This document shows positions 38,645-39,117 of a DNA stretch of 39,117 nt, in pieces. The notes below the pieces were generated by a model. That model was not told where the DNA came from. It searched no databases and worked only from the letters and a program-made list of their open reading frames with translations. The position numbers and the translations under genes were made by a program. Source of the DNA: an uncultured archaeon (lineage in GTDB: Archaea; Asgardarchaeota; Thorarchaeia; Thorarchaeales; Thorarchaeaceae); the NCBI GenBank assembly GCA_964610875.1, contig CAZSWP010000034.1, positions 1 through 39,117 of the forward strand. The letters are read 5' to 3'. Within the stretch, counting starts at the first letter, position 1. Each line of letters starts with the position of its first letter.

Positions 38645-39054
38645 ATGTCAAAAGAGAGCGAGAATATCGTAGATTTTGATAAACGATTGGTACGCAAGGG
38701 CCTACTCCAAAGAGCGCATATTGAACATGTCCAATGCATGACATGCTATCATCGTTGCATACTAGAGAAACGACAATTTGGTAAGTGCGGTACGAGAATG
38801 AATATTGATGGCGTAATCTATACCATTACTTATGGAAATATATCCTCTATAAGTAATAATCCAATTGAGAAAAAACCCTTCTATCACTTTGCTACAGGAA
38901 CATACGCTTACACAGTTGGAAGCTGGGGCTGTAATGCAGATTGTGGTTGGTGACAGAACTACGAGATTTCGAAAACTAGAGCAGCACCTAACATCTCGCG
39001 ATATATGGGACCTACAGAGTTCGTAGATGCAGCTCTGAAAATAAAAAGTGACGG
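38645..39054 (+). CDS. AmmeMemoRadiSam-type radical SAM enzyme, 5' part, with in-frame TGA (38951-38953) and interrupted by E3
   Basis: CMTCYHRC, GKCGTR and NPIEKKPFYHF motifs, then GCNADCGW[TGA]QNYEISK. The frame stays family-like to ...KSDGV, then the expected (S/T)(F/Y)NEP motif is missing. Confidence 0.82.
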
Positions 39055-39117
39055 GGTTGCTAGCAGCTCCAAAAATCCTAGACAATCCTAGACATGTTTC
39101 AGGAGGGGGTTATATAC
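39055..39117 (+). other. Intervening element copy E3 (5' portion; runs off the window edge)
   Basis: GGTTGCTAGCAGCTCCAAAAATCCTAGACAATCCTAGACATGTTTCAGGAG..TTATATA aligns colinearly with the E2 start GGTCGCGAACAGATACTAATAATCAGGACAAACCTTGACATTGT..AGG..TTATATA. Exact 5' boundary uncertain (39055-39058). Confidence 0.75.

Noticed and set aside
1-39117. CRISPR arrays, tRNA/rRNA genes, transposase or integrase genes, SECIS element
   Set aside because: No regular repeat-spacer array, cloverleaf, rRNA-like tract, mobile-element enzyme or convincing SECIS was recognised by eye.

Overview
Gene-dense archaeal window. An Asgard/Thorarchaeia-like origin is inferred from the LRR and longin-like proteins and the overall gene set. 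It holds the start of a group 4 [NiFe]-hydrogenase-type operon, a 2-hydroxyacyl-CoA dehydratase system with a divergent acyl-CoA ligase, alaS, transporters, a secreted subtilisin and assorted metabolic genes. Main observation: three unrelated protein-coding genes are each interrupted, in sense orientation, by homologous ORF-less structured intervening sequences. They are the hydrogenase large subunit (insert 1-186, cut by the window edge), a DUF4184-like membrane protein (complete insert of about 185-188 nt at about 10001-10188) and an AmmeMemoRadiSam-type radical SAM enzyme (insert from about 39055, cut by the edge). The copies share ordered motifs and covarying helices. They also carry variable internal segments complementary to their own flanking host sequence. 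Removing the complete copy restores the reading frame and a plausible C-terminus. By eye they lack canonical group I, group II and BHB signatures, so they are candidates for an unrecognised class of small mRNA intron or a guide-bearing non-autonomous mobile element. The radical SAM gene also has an in-frame TGA at the third Cys of its CxxxCxxC motif (possible selenocysteine). Two free-standing structured RNA candidates lie at about 24746-24805 and 36085-36161. All alignments and base pairings were done by eye; no searches or folding programs were run.
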